Below are positions 38,161 through 50,050 of a stretch of DNA of 64,000 nt, piece by piece. Both the position numbers and the translations under genes were made by a program. The stretch lies in NCBI GenBank assembly GCA_013239625.1, contig MU053934.1, forward strand, positions 1,271,285 to 1,335,284. The letters are read 5' to 3'. This stretch comes from Lama guanicoe (Eukaryota). Below the pieces are notes generated by a model that saw only the letters and a program-made list of their open reading frames with translations, was not told where the DNA came from and made no database searches. Each line of letters begins with the position of its first letter. Position 1 is the stretch's first letter.

Positions 38161-38757
38161 CCAGGGCTGGCCAGGCTGGTTTGTGACCTGTGCAGTCACG
38201 AAGAACCTGTGCTTTGTTTCCTGAACTACCATTGCTGTTTTAAACTTCTTAATTTTTGAAGAAAAACTCGGCATTTTTTAGATTTTTGCAGCAACATGGA
38301 TGGACTTGGAGAGCATCATTTCTGAGTGAAGCAAGCCAGAAAGAGAAAAATACCATATGATATCACTTATATGTGGAATCTAAAAAAAAAGACACAAATG
38401 GACTTATTTACCAAAGAGAAACAGACTCACAGACATAGAAAACAAACTTAAGGTTACCAGAGGGGAAAGAGAGTGGGAAGGAATAAATTGGGAGTTCGAG
38501 ATTTGCAGATACTAACTACTGTATATAAACTAGATAAACAACAAGTTCATACTGTATAGCACAGGGAACTATATTCAATATCTTGTAGTAACCTGCAATG
38601 AAAAAGAATATGAAAGCAATTATATATATGTACATGTACAACTGAAACATTATGCTTTACACCAGAAACAACACTGTAAACTGACTATATTTCAGTTAAA
38701 AAAAAAACTCTGCATTTTTATTTTGCACTGGGTTCTGCATATTATGAATCAGGTCCG
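38161..38757 (+). mobile_element. MER45A-like hAT-Tip100 MITE split by an L1
   Basis: cagggctgg...gtgacctgtgcagtcac...ttcttaatttttgaa [L1] gcatttttattttgcactgggttctgcatattatg. Confidence 0.7.
38283..38702 (+). mobile_element. 5'-truncated LINE-1 (ORF2 tail plus 3' UTR) with 17-bp TSD
   Basis: tttgcagcaacatggatggacttggag...atgtggaatctaaaa; TSD aaaaactc(g/t)gcattttt at 38262-38278 and 38703-38719 (1 mismatch). Confidence 0.93.
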
Positions 38758-38962
38758 CCAATAGCCATGGAGGCATTTCCCCAGGTTTACCACCTCCTTA
38801 TGCATCTCCAGGGGCAGTAGAACCCGTCCTAGTGGATACTACTCTTTCTCCTGTATCAGAGAGAATGGTTTGGGGTGAGAATAAAGGGGATGATGCACAG
38901 GAAGAAGGACCTTTAAAAGACGTCCGATGTTCTACACTGTGGCAAGCACTCGGGAGAGACTC

Positions 38963-39252
38963 CAGAGCAAGGTTATGGCCCACAAGCCAAATTTGGCTCA
39001 CCATCTGAGTTCTACAACCTACAAGCTAAGAATGGTTTTCACCACCTTAAATAATTGAAGAAAAAAAATTTAATAAATTTCATGGCCTTTGAACAATACA
39101 TGACATTCAAATCTCAGTGTCCATAAAGAAAGTTTTACTGGAATACAGCCTCACCTACCCATTTCCGTATCACCCAGGGCTGCTTTCAACCACTGTTGAG
39201 TAGTTGCAGCAGAGACCATATGGCCGAAAAGCCAACCATGCCAACCCACACT
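38963..39252. mobile_element. MER58B-like hAT-Charlie MITE
   Basis: tatggcccacaagccaaatttggc...gctaagaatggttttcac...agtgtccataaagaaagttttactggaatacagcc...gagaccatatggcc. Confidence 0.85.
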
Positions 39253-39454
39253 CCAGATGTTTGATGACTGAATGAATGTGTGATTGAATGAGTGAATGAA
39301 CAAATGTTTTTAAAATGTCATTGTTAGTATTACACAATGTCAACACAACGCTACAAAAAGTCCAAAACTCAGTGATAGTACCCCATGCCTCAGAAGTACC
39401 CAAATGTTTTAGAAAGAATAACATTTCAATTCCAGATCTCTCTAGTTTTCCATC

Positions 39455-40015
39455 CGTGGTGGATTGATGGCAAAAATAGCCCCAATTCTTCTCCTCTCAT
39501 ATCTGTGTCCCTGGCAAAGTGACTTTTCAGCTCTTCCCACTGAGAGGTGGAGTTTTTCCCTACCCTCTGAATCTGGGCTGGACTTACAACTTCCCTTAGC
39601 TCATAGAAATGGCAGAAGTGATGGGGTACCAGCTTTGAGCAGAGGTTTCAAGGAGCCTCTTGGCCTCATGGACTTTTACTTGCTGTCCTGGAACCCTTTT
39701 TGGAAAGGGATCCCTGAGGACAAGGCCAGATGAAGAATGAGAGGCCATAGGAGCAGAAACGAATCAGCTGAGTTGTCCCTGGCGGGCCCCAGACAGTGAG
39801 AGGAACCACCAACATCAGCAGGGCCACCTCACTGGCCTACAGTTGACCATAGACTTGGAAGTGAGCCCCAGCAAGCCCAGTCCAGATCTGCAGAGCCTGC
39901 AAGTCAGTCTATGGATTGGCTCATGAGCAAAAATAAGTGTCTATTGTAGAATACCACTATGGTCTGGGGATTGTGTGTTATGCAGCATTATTGCGGCAAT
40001 AGGTAACTATTGATT
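39455..40015 (+). mobile_element. MaLR solo LTR (MLT1G/H-like)
   Basis: gtgacttttcagctcttcccactgagaggtggag...gtgttatgcagcattattgcggcaataggtaact. Confidence 0.8.
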
Positions 40016-40216
40016 CACCATCATTTTCTGTCCATTCATATGCATTTCCTTCTCCATTATCATCTGTAGACGAACAGAGCAAGGAACAGCTATCAAACCA
40101 CAAGATAAATAATACCAATAAGGACTGCCTTGAACATTTACTATGTGCCAGGCAAAGTGCTAACAGTTTTTCCTGAATCTTTGCATTGAATCCTCAAAGT
40201 CTTGGCAGGTTCTACA

Positions 40217-40772
40217 TGGTAGGTGGCTTCCAGAATGGCTTCCAATGGTGTCTGCTTTCTGGTATTTATGCCCTTATGTAATTCCATCCCCCAGAGTGTG
40301 GGCTGGTCCTGGTGATTCACTTCTAATGCAGAGAGTACCATAAAGATGATGGGATGTCACTTGCGAGATTGGGTTAACTGTGACTTCAATCTTACTGGCC
40401 CTTACTTGCTCTCATTTGCTCACTCTGATGGAAGCAGCTGCCAGGTTGTGAGCTGCCCTATGGAGAAGCCCACATAGGAAGGAGCTGAGGCCTCCATCCA
40501 ACAGCCAGTGGAAAACTGAGGCTGTGGATCCAACAACCTGTGAGAAACTAAATCCCACCAACAAACCACTTGAGTGAGCCAGTGGGCAAATCCTCAGGGC
40601 AGTCTTGACCTGGCTGCAACCTCAGCTGATACCTCAATGACAGCCTCATGAGAAACCCTGAGTCCAAGGACCCAGATCCCCAAACCACAGAGACCGTGAG
40701 GTTGTAAATGTTTGCTGTGTCAAGCTGCAAATTTTGAGGATGATTTGTTACGCGGCCATTGGTAACTGATAC
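40217..40772 (+). mobile_element. MaLR solo LTR (MLT1F/G-like) inserted in a MIR
   Basis: gagtgtgggctggtcctggtga...gttgtgagctgccctatggagaagcccac...tttgttacgcggccattggtaactgatac. Confidence 0.85.
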
Positions 40773-41499
40773 GTTGTATGATGTCATTTTTGCAGATGAG
40801 AAAGATAAAGTTTAGAGAGGTAAAGCAAACCTGCTTGCATTACACAGCTGACTCCAGAGGCCACGTTCATACCCACGCTGGCTGCCCACTGCTTATTGAC
40901 ATGAGTTTTATTTCCCCTTCCTTTCAGCAGCCCCTGTGCCACTCCCCCTCACTTCCTGTCCTTCAGGCTCTTGGTCTCATTGCTCTTTCTGGTCTCATTC
41001 TTTCTCTGCCCCTTGTCCTCTCTTTGCTTGTTTACTTTTTGTCTTCAATGGGGTTCTCACCTCGATCTCTTCCTTCTCTCATCCTTTATTCATTCCCCTT
41101 CCTTCCTTTTTCCAGGCTCCTACCACCTGAAGCACGGTGTTTACAGGTAAGATGACCATCATTAAGGGTTTCAGTTGCTGATGTTCAAAAACATCGACCT
41201 CGAACAACAACTAAATGGCATCTTAGAAATAAGCTAGTCAAATATCCTCATCTCTGCAGTTCATATGGGGGAAAATTCTTGTTACCTGACATTATATTGT
41301 GATCTTTTTATTTATTAACTTTTGTCCCCAATATCTGTACATTTCAAGAAGGCAAAGACCTGGACTTTTTCACCATTCTTTTCTCCAGGTCTAAAGTAGG
41401 TCTTACCCCACAGTAGGCAGGCAAAAATTATTTTCTGAATGAATGAATGAATATTAAACGAGGAAGAGGAGGAAAGATAAAGACAGAAGACAAGGATTG

Positions 41500-41720
41500 C
41501 AACTTAATGAACATCTTCTGTGTGCCAGGCATTTACCAAGATGATCTCACATAATGATCACAATCACTTTATAAAGGTTCCCATCTTGTAGGTGAGAGAG
41601 ACTGAGGCTCAGAGAAGTAAATTAATTTGCCCAAAGTAGCACAGCTAGTAAGTGACAGAACAAGGATTTGAACCCAGGTCTCCCTAAGCTCTGAGTCTGT
41701 TCTCTTTGTTCTGCATCCCA
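41500..41720 (-). mobile_element. MIR SINE
   Basis: actgaggctcagagaagtaaattaatttgcccaaagtagcacagctagtaagtgacag...ggatttgaacccaggtc. Confidence 0.88.
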
Positions 41721-41944
41721 CTGCTGCTGCCCTATGGGTTTCTAGACTGGTAGCACACCCTCAGATAGCATCCACACCTCCTATGACTAGCTTCTCAGAA
41801 ACTAGCTTGGGTGGCCAGAAATCTCACTTTGGCCCTTGCACAACACTTTACAGACATGGGTCAGAGATCGATCTGCAACCCTTAGCAGTGCCCCTCGCCA
41901 GTAATAAACAAGAAAACCCTATGGGGATAGAAGGGAGGGGTTCA

Positions 41945-42178
41945 GGAGATAGAGGAGCTGGGTTGGAATCCAGTTCTCCCAATTACTGACAGCATGACCT
42001 TGAGCAAGTCACCTAACATGTCTGGGCCTCAATTTCCTCACAAGGAAAATGGGGATAATATATATATATATATATATATTTAAACTCATCGGGTTGCTCT
42101 GAGAATTAAATGAGTTCATACCTAGGAGATGCCCAAAAGTCTGACACATGGCTAGCGCTCGATAAAACTAAGCCACCT
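41945..42178 (+). mobile_element. MIR SINE with internal (TA)n expansion at ~42060-42079
   Basis: catgaccttgagcaagtcacctaac...aaaatggggataata(ta)n...gggttgctctgagaattaaatgag. Confidence 0.85.
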
Positions 42179-43525
42179 GAATTATTGTAGTTGATCTTGG
42201 AACACCATCCTCACAAACCAGTTAAGCCAGGATGAAATGTAAGTGATTTTCCCAGATTACACAAAAAGCCAGGAGAAATGAAACCCCACCCCCCACCTCA
42301 TTCTGTTCTCCTCACCCCAGACCCCAAATTGCTTCTCCAACAGCTCTTGCTCACCCCCTCCTGCACCCCCTCCCAAATTTTCAGCCTAATAATTTAGCCT
42401 CACATTTCCAAGCTCGACTGAGTCATCCTTAAGGTCACAGCCACTAGTTTTTCTGGGTTGTTCAGTGTTTGCTTCTGAAATGAGCCTTTTCCTAAGACAG
42501 GAGAGTAGAAGCCAGAGGATGGAGCCCCACGTGAAGGGGGAAAATGAGCAGGAGGCAAAGATTAAACGAAAAAAAAAAGAACAGTAAGAGAATTTCCAGC
42601 AGGGCTGTCTGTCTCCATGAAGATCAGGATACTCATTTCCACAGCCAAAGACTTATTAGTTGCGGAATAGAGTGGGGAGCCCACAGTAACGAGTCTTTAA
42701 TTACAAAACTCTTTTACCTTATTGCTTTTGTGTGGTCCCAATGAAAATGAGCAGTGGCAGCTTCTATTAGAAATGTTAATTACCTTCCCGGGTAATTAGA
42801 CTCACTGGGTACCATGAGCACCTGACCTCACTTCATCACAGTGGAGATGGGAGGGAGAGAAAACATTGGTTGGGGAGTGAGGAGGGGAGGTGGGGGAGAA
42901 AAGGAGCATGTTTATAAATGCTGAGAAAAGCAAAATCATCCGAATTGGTTGAATGGAAAATGAAGTTACAGAGACCCCCAGGGAAGGCTGGGAGGATAGG
43001 AGATCTATTCGGAGGGGCTTTTGAACATGGTAGGGTGGGGGGGGAGGAGGGACCTGTCATGAAGATGGAAACAGTGGCAAACTCCTCTCTAAATGATGGA
43101 CCCTTGGAGAGATTTCATTCTTCAAACGAAGCCACTGAGGTGCCAAGCCGCCCAGAGGCTTCCCAGGGCCACGCAGTGGGTGCAGGCAGGACTGCGACCA
43201 GGGCCTGGTGAATATTTCCTCCCTTCTTCCTTCAAGAAGCATTCCCTGGCTGCCTGCAAAGAGCTGTTTTGGGCACCTAAAGAACAGAATAGACGTAGTT
43301 CCAGTTCTCAAGGAGTTTCCGGTCTGGGGATGCAGACAGGTAACGGTGACGTTATGAAGGAAACACATAGGAAGCTGTGATAAAGAGTAACTGGGTGAGA
43401 GACCCTCAGTGTAGGTGGAGTAGTCAAGGAGGGCTTCTCTGGGGAGGTGGCTTTTTCCCTGAAACCTGAAGATTGGGATGAGTCCTGCTATCTGGAGAGC
43501 TGGGGTGAAAGAGTGTATTCCCTGG

Positions 43526-43968
43526 TGTTGTGGGTTGAATAGTGTCTCCTGCCAAATTCATGTCTACAGAATCTCAGAATGTGACTTTATTAGAAATAAA
43601 AGCCTTTGCAGGTAGGAGTAGCTAAGATGAGGTCTTACTGGGTTAGAGTGGGCCCTAAACCCAGTGACTGGTGTTCTTACAAGACAAGGGAAACTGGGGA
43701 CAGACGCCCAGGAAAGAGCCCGCATAACAACAGAGGCAGAGATTGGATAGAAACGGTTGCAAGCCAAAGACGGCCAAGGACTTCCAGCCACCACAGAACC
43801 TGGAAGAGGCAGGAAGGCTCCCTGCTTACCCTCCAAGGACTTCAGCAGGAACAGGGCCCAGCTGACATCTTGATTTCAGACTGCTCATCTCCAGAACTCC
43901 AAAATAAACTTCTGCTGTTTGAAGCCACCCAGTGGTACTTCGTTACAGCGGTCCTAGAAAATTCATAG
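43526..43968 (+). mobile_element. MaLR solo LTR (MLT1C-like), adjacent to or within an L2
   Basis: tgttgtgggttgaatagtgtc...cagaatgtgactttatt...gggccctaaacccagtgactggtgttctt...gttacagcggtcctagaaaattcata. Confidence 0.9.
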
Positions 43969-44129
43969 TCCTGGATCTCTGACATCACAGACTAAGTTCC
44001 CAAAATAAGACAGGAGGAGGTCATGGTGAGAGCACTGGGCAAGAAGTCCTGCTCTCCTGCTAATCCGCTCTGTTACTGGGGGCAAGTCGCTCCCCACTTC
44101 GAGCCTTTATCTAAGTCAGGAAGAGACTG

Positions 44130-44330
44130 GGGTTCCGAGCCACATGGTTAGGGACAAGCTGAATCAGAATCACCTTGGGGAGGTTTGTTTAGGATACGGA
44201 TTCCTGGGCTCAAACCCCCTCCTCCACCCCCAAACCAGCATCTCTGGGTGGGGCTCTGGAATCTGTATTTCTAACAAACTCTCCAGGAGAGGGATCCTGA
44301 CGTGTCACCAAGTCCTTAGAATCTCTGGAT
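44130..44330. mobile_element. MER5A-like hAT-Charlie MITE
   Basis: atcagaatcaccttggggagg...gattcctgggctc...ggaatctgtatttctaacaaactctccagg. Confidence 0.75.
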
Positions 44331-44744
44331 TCCAACACACACGCCAAGGGCCCTTCTAGAGCAGCGTGTGCGTTACCCTAAGGACTGTCCACACAGGCTG
44401 TGAGACGCACCTGCTCATCCACACTGACCTAACACACTGCTGGTGTCTATGAGCAAACCCAGGCATCCGAGATGCCTGGAGATGCTGGTGCCAAAGGGGA
44501 GAGACATGCTCGGTCCTTAGAGTCATTAAAGAATCTGTTTACAGAGCCCTGCTCCTCTTTTAATTTGTTTGTCTTTTCGATTGTGTAATTGAATCTCAGC
44601 CACAGGGCTCAGCCGAGCCTTGCCAGGGAAGGCAGAAAGCCATCAATACCCAGGAGTGACTGACAGTCATTTCTGAGGTGAGATGCTCTGCAGGCAGCAG
44701 GCGGGCACCAAAAAGACTTGAATCTTGTCAGGCTTCAAAAGCGA

Positions 44745-44980
44745 GTCTGTATGGTGCAGGGGGAGGGCACCTGGACGCTGCCAATCAGACAAGCCAGCGT
44801 TCAAATCCTAGCTCTTCCATGAGCCAGCTGTGTGACCTGGGGCAAATTTCTAAACTTCTCTGTTCCTCTAATTCTTAAGATGTCTGTCAAAGGGTAACAC
44901 ACGCCCTCTGACCAGGTTTCTGGGAGAACTATAAGAAACATGTAGGAACCAATACATTGTGAATGTCTAGGAAACTATAA

Positions 44981-44983
<3 letters not shown>
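44745..44983 (+). mobile_element. MIR SINE
   Basis: cgttcaaatcctagctcttccatgagccagctgtgtgacctggggcaaatttctaaacttctctg. Confidence 0.8.

Positions 44984-45031
<48 letters not shown>
44984..45031. repeat. (TTA)16 microsatellite at MIR 3' tail
   Basis: Direct reading, 48 bp perfect. Confidence 0.97.
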
Positions 45032-45033
<2 letters not shown>

Positions 45034-45479
45034 CTATTGAACAGTAGAAGGCTTGCCCTAGAGAAGGCCAGTCCATTTGGCAAGGGATGAGACACAACTG
45101 TTAGAGCTGGAAGAGGTTTTGGAGAAGGCTGCCTGATTCATGAAAAGAGCCCAGGATTTGGAATCAGAACTTCTAATTTTGAATCTCACTTCTGCTATCT
45201 GCTTTCTTCTGTGGCCTTGGGCAAGTCACTTAAACTCTCTGAGCACCGAGATCCTCTACTCCCAAGTGGTACCCTGAATCCCTCTCCCCCCCAACGCTCC
45301 CTGGGACAATCAACTGAGACATTTGTGAAACTGGGTAAGCTCTCAATCTTTTGACAAATCCCCAGAAAAGAGATTACTATTATCCAGCCCACTGGCTTAT
45401 AAGCCTGGCAGCTCATTGGAACCCCTGAGGAGCTTCCAAAAAATAAAAAAAATCAGTGCCCAGACCTCTGCCCAGACCA

Positions 45480-45930
45480 AATAAGCGGCAGTCTCCTGGG
45501 CTGGGGTCTCGGCAAGGCGGGCAGCCACGAGAGAGCCGTGGATCTGGCCCAAAGCCCCCTTTCTGCAGAGAAGGAAGGCAGGGCCCAGCGAGGGGAGGTC
45601 GCACAGCAGGTTATTAACCTCCGGATGTCCTTCACTCCCCTCGGCCCTCTGCCAGTATAAACCCCCCCGGAGGCACGTCCTCAAGGAGCAATCAGAGAGG
45701 ATTCGTTGCGCTGTTTAACATCTGCCCGGGAAACCAGGAAGCACGGAGTTGGCGACCACCAGGAGGGCTCTGCCCAGAAGAGTCTTGATGGCGAGCACTG
45801 ACCCAGCAGCCGTGCCCCTGTTCCTGGACCATCCAGAGAGGCCAGGACCTTCCCGCAGCTGTCGCGGCTGGAGACAGGGTGCGCGGAGGTGGTGATTGCC
45901 AGCCACGTTGAGAGAAGTCTGTGGCAGGAA
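45480..45930 (+). promoter_or_regulatory. CpG-enriched segment with ETS motif and TATA box (candidate promoter or enhancer)
   Basis: About two dozen CpGs in ~430 bp by eye; ccggatgt at 45621-45628; tataaa at 45656-45661; no repeat recognised. Confidence 0.35.
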
Positions 45931-46539
45931 GCAATCAGAAGGGAGGATGAGCCCGGCTCAGCGTCCAGCCCCACTCCCCCGCAGACTAGCTGTGTGGGCA
46001 GAATAAGTGGGGATTCTGCTGTGAAAACCCAGAGTTTCCCTGCCAGGGGGGCTCTGGCTCCTGCTTCTCTTCCTTCAGCCCCAGGCTCAGCCCACCCCTT
46101 TGGATGAATCAGCCCTCTGTGGGCAGGAACCGCGTCGGCGGGCTCTTATATCCACAACCATGCAGCTGGGAGTTGACAGAACAAGGCTGGGGCGCCAAGC
46201 CCAGGGAGGAGAGGCAGTGAGGCCTCAGCCCCTGGGCGGCTGTGTAGGGAGGAGGCCCCAGCAGCAGAGTCAGGACCCTAAGAGGGAGGCCCAGTGAGAG
46301 AGATTCGGCCCAATGGAAAGAAGAACTTTGTCAAAGGAGCCAGCTGCCTGGTGAGGTAGTGAGCTCCCCGTCACACTGGAATTAGGTCGGTGGAAGTTGC
46401 CTGCCAAGCGGTAAGGACAGTGTTCGTGAGATCCTGTGGCCAGTGGACACGTGGACCAAATGAACTCCAAGGGCCCGTCCATGCTTGGATTTCGTGTGTT
46501 GACGACTCTGAGGTTCCAACGAGCAGATTTGCAAGAAAG

Positions 46540-46730
46540 GAGTCAGGTAGATGTTCAAGTCCTAACTTCATCGCTTGTTAGCTGTGTGACCTTGAGCAAG
46601 TGATTTGGTCTCTCTGAGGCTTTTCCCTCATCGGCAAGCAAGACAGCAACCATCACATCTGTCTCGAATGACGGGGGTGGAAATTGAACAGTGTGCTGCA
46701 CACAGAGTGCCTGAGTGGGCCTTGCACAGG
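46540..46730 (+). mobile_element. MIR SINE
   Basis: tagctgtgtgaccttgagcaagtgattt...ctctctgaggcttttccctcatc. Confidence 0.8.
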
Positions 46731-48744
46731 GTTGAGTCTGAAAGAGCAAAGCAACCCCAACTGCCCTCCTGCTCATCATCAGGAGCCTCCCAGCAGTCCC
46801 CAGGTTTTCTAGGAGACGCGCTCATTAAGCAGATTAGTGCACAAAACCAATCGTCACTCACATCCTCGGATGCCCGAGATTAGACACTGGTCACAGTCTC
46901 TTCCCAGTAAGCTCATGCCTCGCAGAGCCCAGGCTCTGTCACAGGGAGGGAGGTTTAACAGCCGTGCCTAAAGGCGAGCTGCTGTTGAGAAGAGGGGGGA
47001 AAAAAAGCACTAGACAGAAAGGACGCTGAAGAATGCAGGCTTGGTGCTGGGGCTGAGAACCCGCATCTCTGAGTCAGTGTCAGGGTGCGCCGCTGGGCAG
47101 GAAGGCAAGTTCCCTCCTCGGTCAGGTGCACAGAGCAAGACGCTCTAATCCCCGCTGGGCACCGGCTGGCTGTCTCCTACACCGCTTCCCCTGGGCCCCC
47201 TCTAAAGATGGGAGGCGAGCATCTGTCTGCCGGGCAAAGGCCAGTCGGGGCCAGAGGGACACCACACGCCCCACCTTCTGTGTAGGTGGTGTAAGCAGGA
47301 GGATGTGAGGGCCCAGAGCGTCCCCCTATCTTGGTCCCCCAGACATCTCCCGGAGTATTTACCATCCCTGCTTGGAACTTCCAACTTTTCAGCTTTTGAA
47401 GTACCTCTACTGTTTCCTAAAAACTGTGCATCCCCAGCCCTCCAGAAATCAAAGAGAAAATGGTCAGAAACCATTTCCTGCAACTAAACATACCTAAGCA
47501 GCTTGGATCACCTCTGGTTTAAGCCAGCTAATCCTGAGGGGAAAGTTGGGATGGTGAAAATTTCATGTCTGAAAATGGAGAAGAAAATTTATAGAGTGTC
47601 CGGAAGCCCTCGTCTCCTTCCCCTCCCCAACACACACATAGAGATACACACACAAATATATAAATCACCAGACTCTACCTTGAAGCCAACATGGTCCATT
47701 CGAGATGATGACAGCCAACACGCTTATTTCACACAGAAGGGAGGGGCAGTGGCCAAGTGGCCAGGTCCTGTACTCCCTAAAACTATAAATATTGGAAATG
47801 GGTTCATATGTGAAGAAAGTTAGTGACAAACCTTCTAGCCAAAACACAAGAACAGCTGTTTTCTTGGATGGATCAAATAAGGGAGAGTGAAGGTGAGATC
47901 CTCTAGGTGCCTCCACGCCCATTGTACAGACGAGGAAGTTGGGGTAGCGGGAAGTGCCTCGCTCATGCCCACAGCCGACAGGCAGCAGAGCTAGTCTGTC
48001 CCGCAGTGAAAGGTGTATCCTTTCCATTATGTCACAAGTGTTCTTATCTGAAAGCCTCGGCTTCCTCCAGTGTTAAGAGAATTGGTCTGGGCACTTTGGG
48101 GAGCTAGGCTGCTCCCGGGAGTCTGTGGCTGTCAAAATTTAATGAGCAGAAGCATCACTTCGGAGGTCACTAACCGTGCCAAACGTAAGCTCCAGCGTGG
48201 TCCAGACCAGCTCGTCTCAAACGTTCACGTGCACACAGTCACCTGGGGAGCTTGTTAAAACACAGGTGCTGATGCAGTGTCTCAGGGTACACTCCCACGT
48301 GACGTTGATGATGCTAGTCCGTGGACCACGCGTCTGAGTTGCAAGGGTCTAGAGTGAGTCTGCCGGTGCCTGAATCCCAGCATCATCACCTACTGTCTGC
48401 ACGAGACCCTGCTCAACCACCCCAGGCCTCAGTTTCTTTATATTAGAACTGTGCTACCTCATGGGGTTACTTTCAGGATTCGAGGAGACAATCCATGTAA
48501 GTCACTTAGCACACTTAGCATAGACAAATCTCAATAAATTACTATTACTGGAGTTATTATTATTATTAATAATGAGTTTTGGTGGCACATTGTAAGCTTT
48601 CAAAAAACGAATGAAAGTTGTTAATGTCATTTTTTTCCCAGAAGCTTACATTGATTCAGCTTTCCCGAGCCCGTAGCTTCCTCGAGAAATGAATTTTAGA
48701 GCTAGCAATGGCACAGCAGTTTACATTTGTATGATGCATTATTA

Positions 48745-49192
48745 TGTATGTCTGTGTCTGGGTTCTCAGTGCTAACTTCATGCTTGAAACCACCAGGGTT
48801 TATTACTTCTGCAGTTCTGTGGTTGGCTGATTTCGACTGGGAGGTTCTTCTGCTCCACATGGAGGAGCTGAGATCTCTCTGCATTTGTTAGGAGCGTAGC
48901 TGGGAGTGATGCTGAACCTGGAGCGTCCAGGATAACCTCTTATCTCCCAGGGCTCTGTCCAGTTGGCCTCTCATCATCACAAGTCTAACCAAGCTTCTTT
49001 CACAGCACAATGGTTGCCTTCCGGGAGGGAGGGTCTGAGAGGAGAAGCCCCAGCGTGCAAGTGTGTGTCAATCCATTATGTTTGCTGGTGACCCATTGGC
49101 CCAAGCAAGTCACAAGGACACAGACTACATGGGGCATGAACGCTAGGAAGTGTGGTCACGTGGGGCACCACCAGTGTGACATCTACCCCAAT
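48745..49192 (-). mobile_element. Old MaLR LTR (MLT1-type)
   Basis: tttattacttctgcagttctgtggttggctg...gacccattggcccaagcaagtcac...ggggcatgaacgctagga. Confidence 0.65.
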
Positions 49193-49729
49193 TAACATCT
49201 TTGATGATCAGCCCCTTGAAGACGGCTCATCTGCCCAGTCCCAGGAGACTGGTGAACACATCTGATCCTGCAACCCCCCTGAGGTACAGTTAAAGCAAAA
49301 GGAGTGTCTCCACTTGCAGACAGCTGTGAGACCATGGTGTCATTCAGCCAGTCAGGGGCTGGTGCCCAGGACATCAAGCCGGGGTCTGTCATTCTTTTCT
49401 GCCCACTGTCCCTGCTAACCTTGTCCTGTAAACGTTTTCTGAAAGTGGAAGTTTTCTGCCAGCCCCTCCTTACTCTGTATGTCTTCTTTCTCCAAGCGTC
49501 CGGGTGGAGTCGTTAATTATGTATAAACGAACATTTCAATGCACCAGCATGCGTGCTATTTAAAGGAAGCCTGTGGTGACTCATTGAGTAATTAAAATAA
49601 TCATTTCTTCCATAAGCATTTCTCGGGTCTCAGTTTGCACCAGGCCCTCTGGGGGTAGAGGCGGAGAGACAGTGGAGGGATATGGAGTTAGACCATGTGG
49701 CTCCCACCTTCTGGGAGCTAAATCACTTC

Positions 49730-50050
49730 CACTTTCAGCAACAAATATTTTTCAGGCACCTACTGTGTGTCTGACTAAGTGCTGGGCAACAGAGGTGAAC
49801 CCAGCAGCATTTCTGCCTTCAAGATGCTCACAGACGGGCTGGGTGACCAACAAGCCAACATACCGCATCCTCATTGTGGGCAAGATGGGCTAGGTCCTCT
49901 GAGGATGGAGAAGGGCCAGACTCTGCCCTTGGAGAGTGCCCTGGAGAGACAGGAGTCAAAGAGAGCTTCCCAGAAGCAGTGATCCATGAATTGTCCCTGG
50001 ACAAGGAAGGTGCTGACACAGTAGACAAGATCACAGAAGAGCCTCGTGGG
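49730..50050 (-). mobile_element. L2 LINE 3' end
   Basis: ttcagcaacaaatatttttcaggcacctactgtgtgtctg...gagtcaaagagagcttcccagaagcagtga. Confidence 0.75.

Noticed and set aside
45753..45770. CTCF-like motifs (also ~16026 and ~61200)
   Set aside because: Each needs a gap or core mismatch against the CCASYAGRKGGC consensus.
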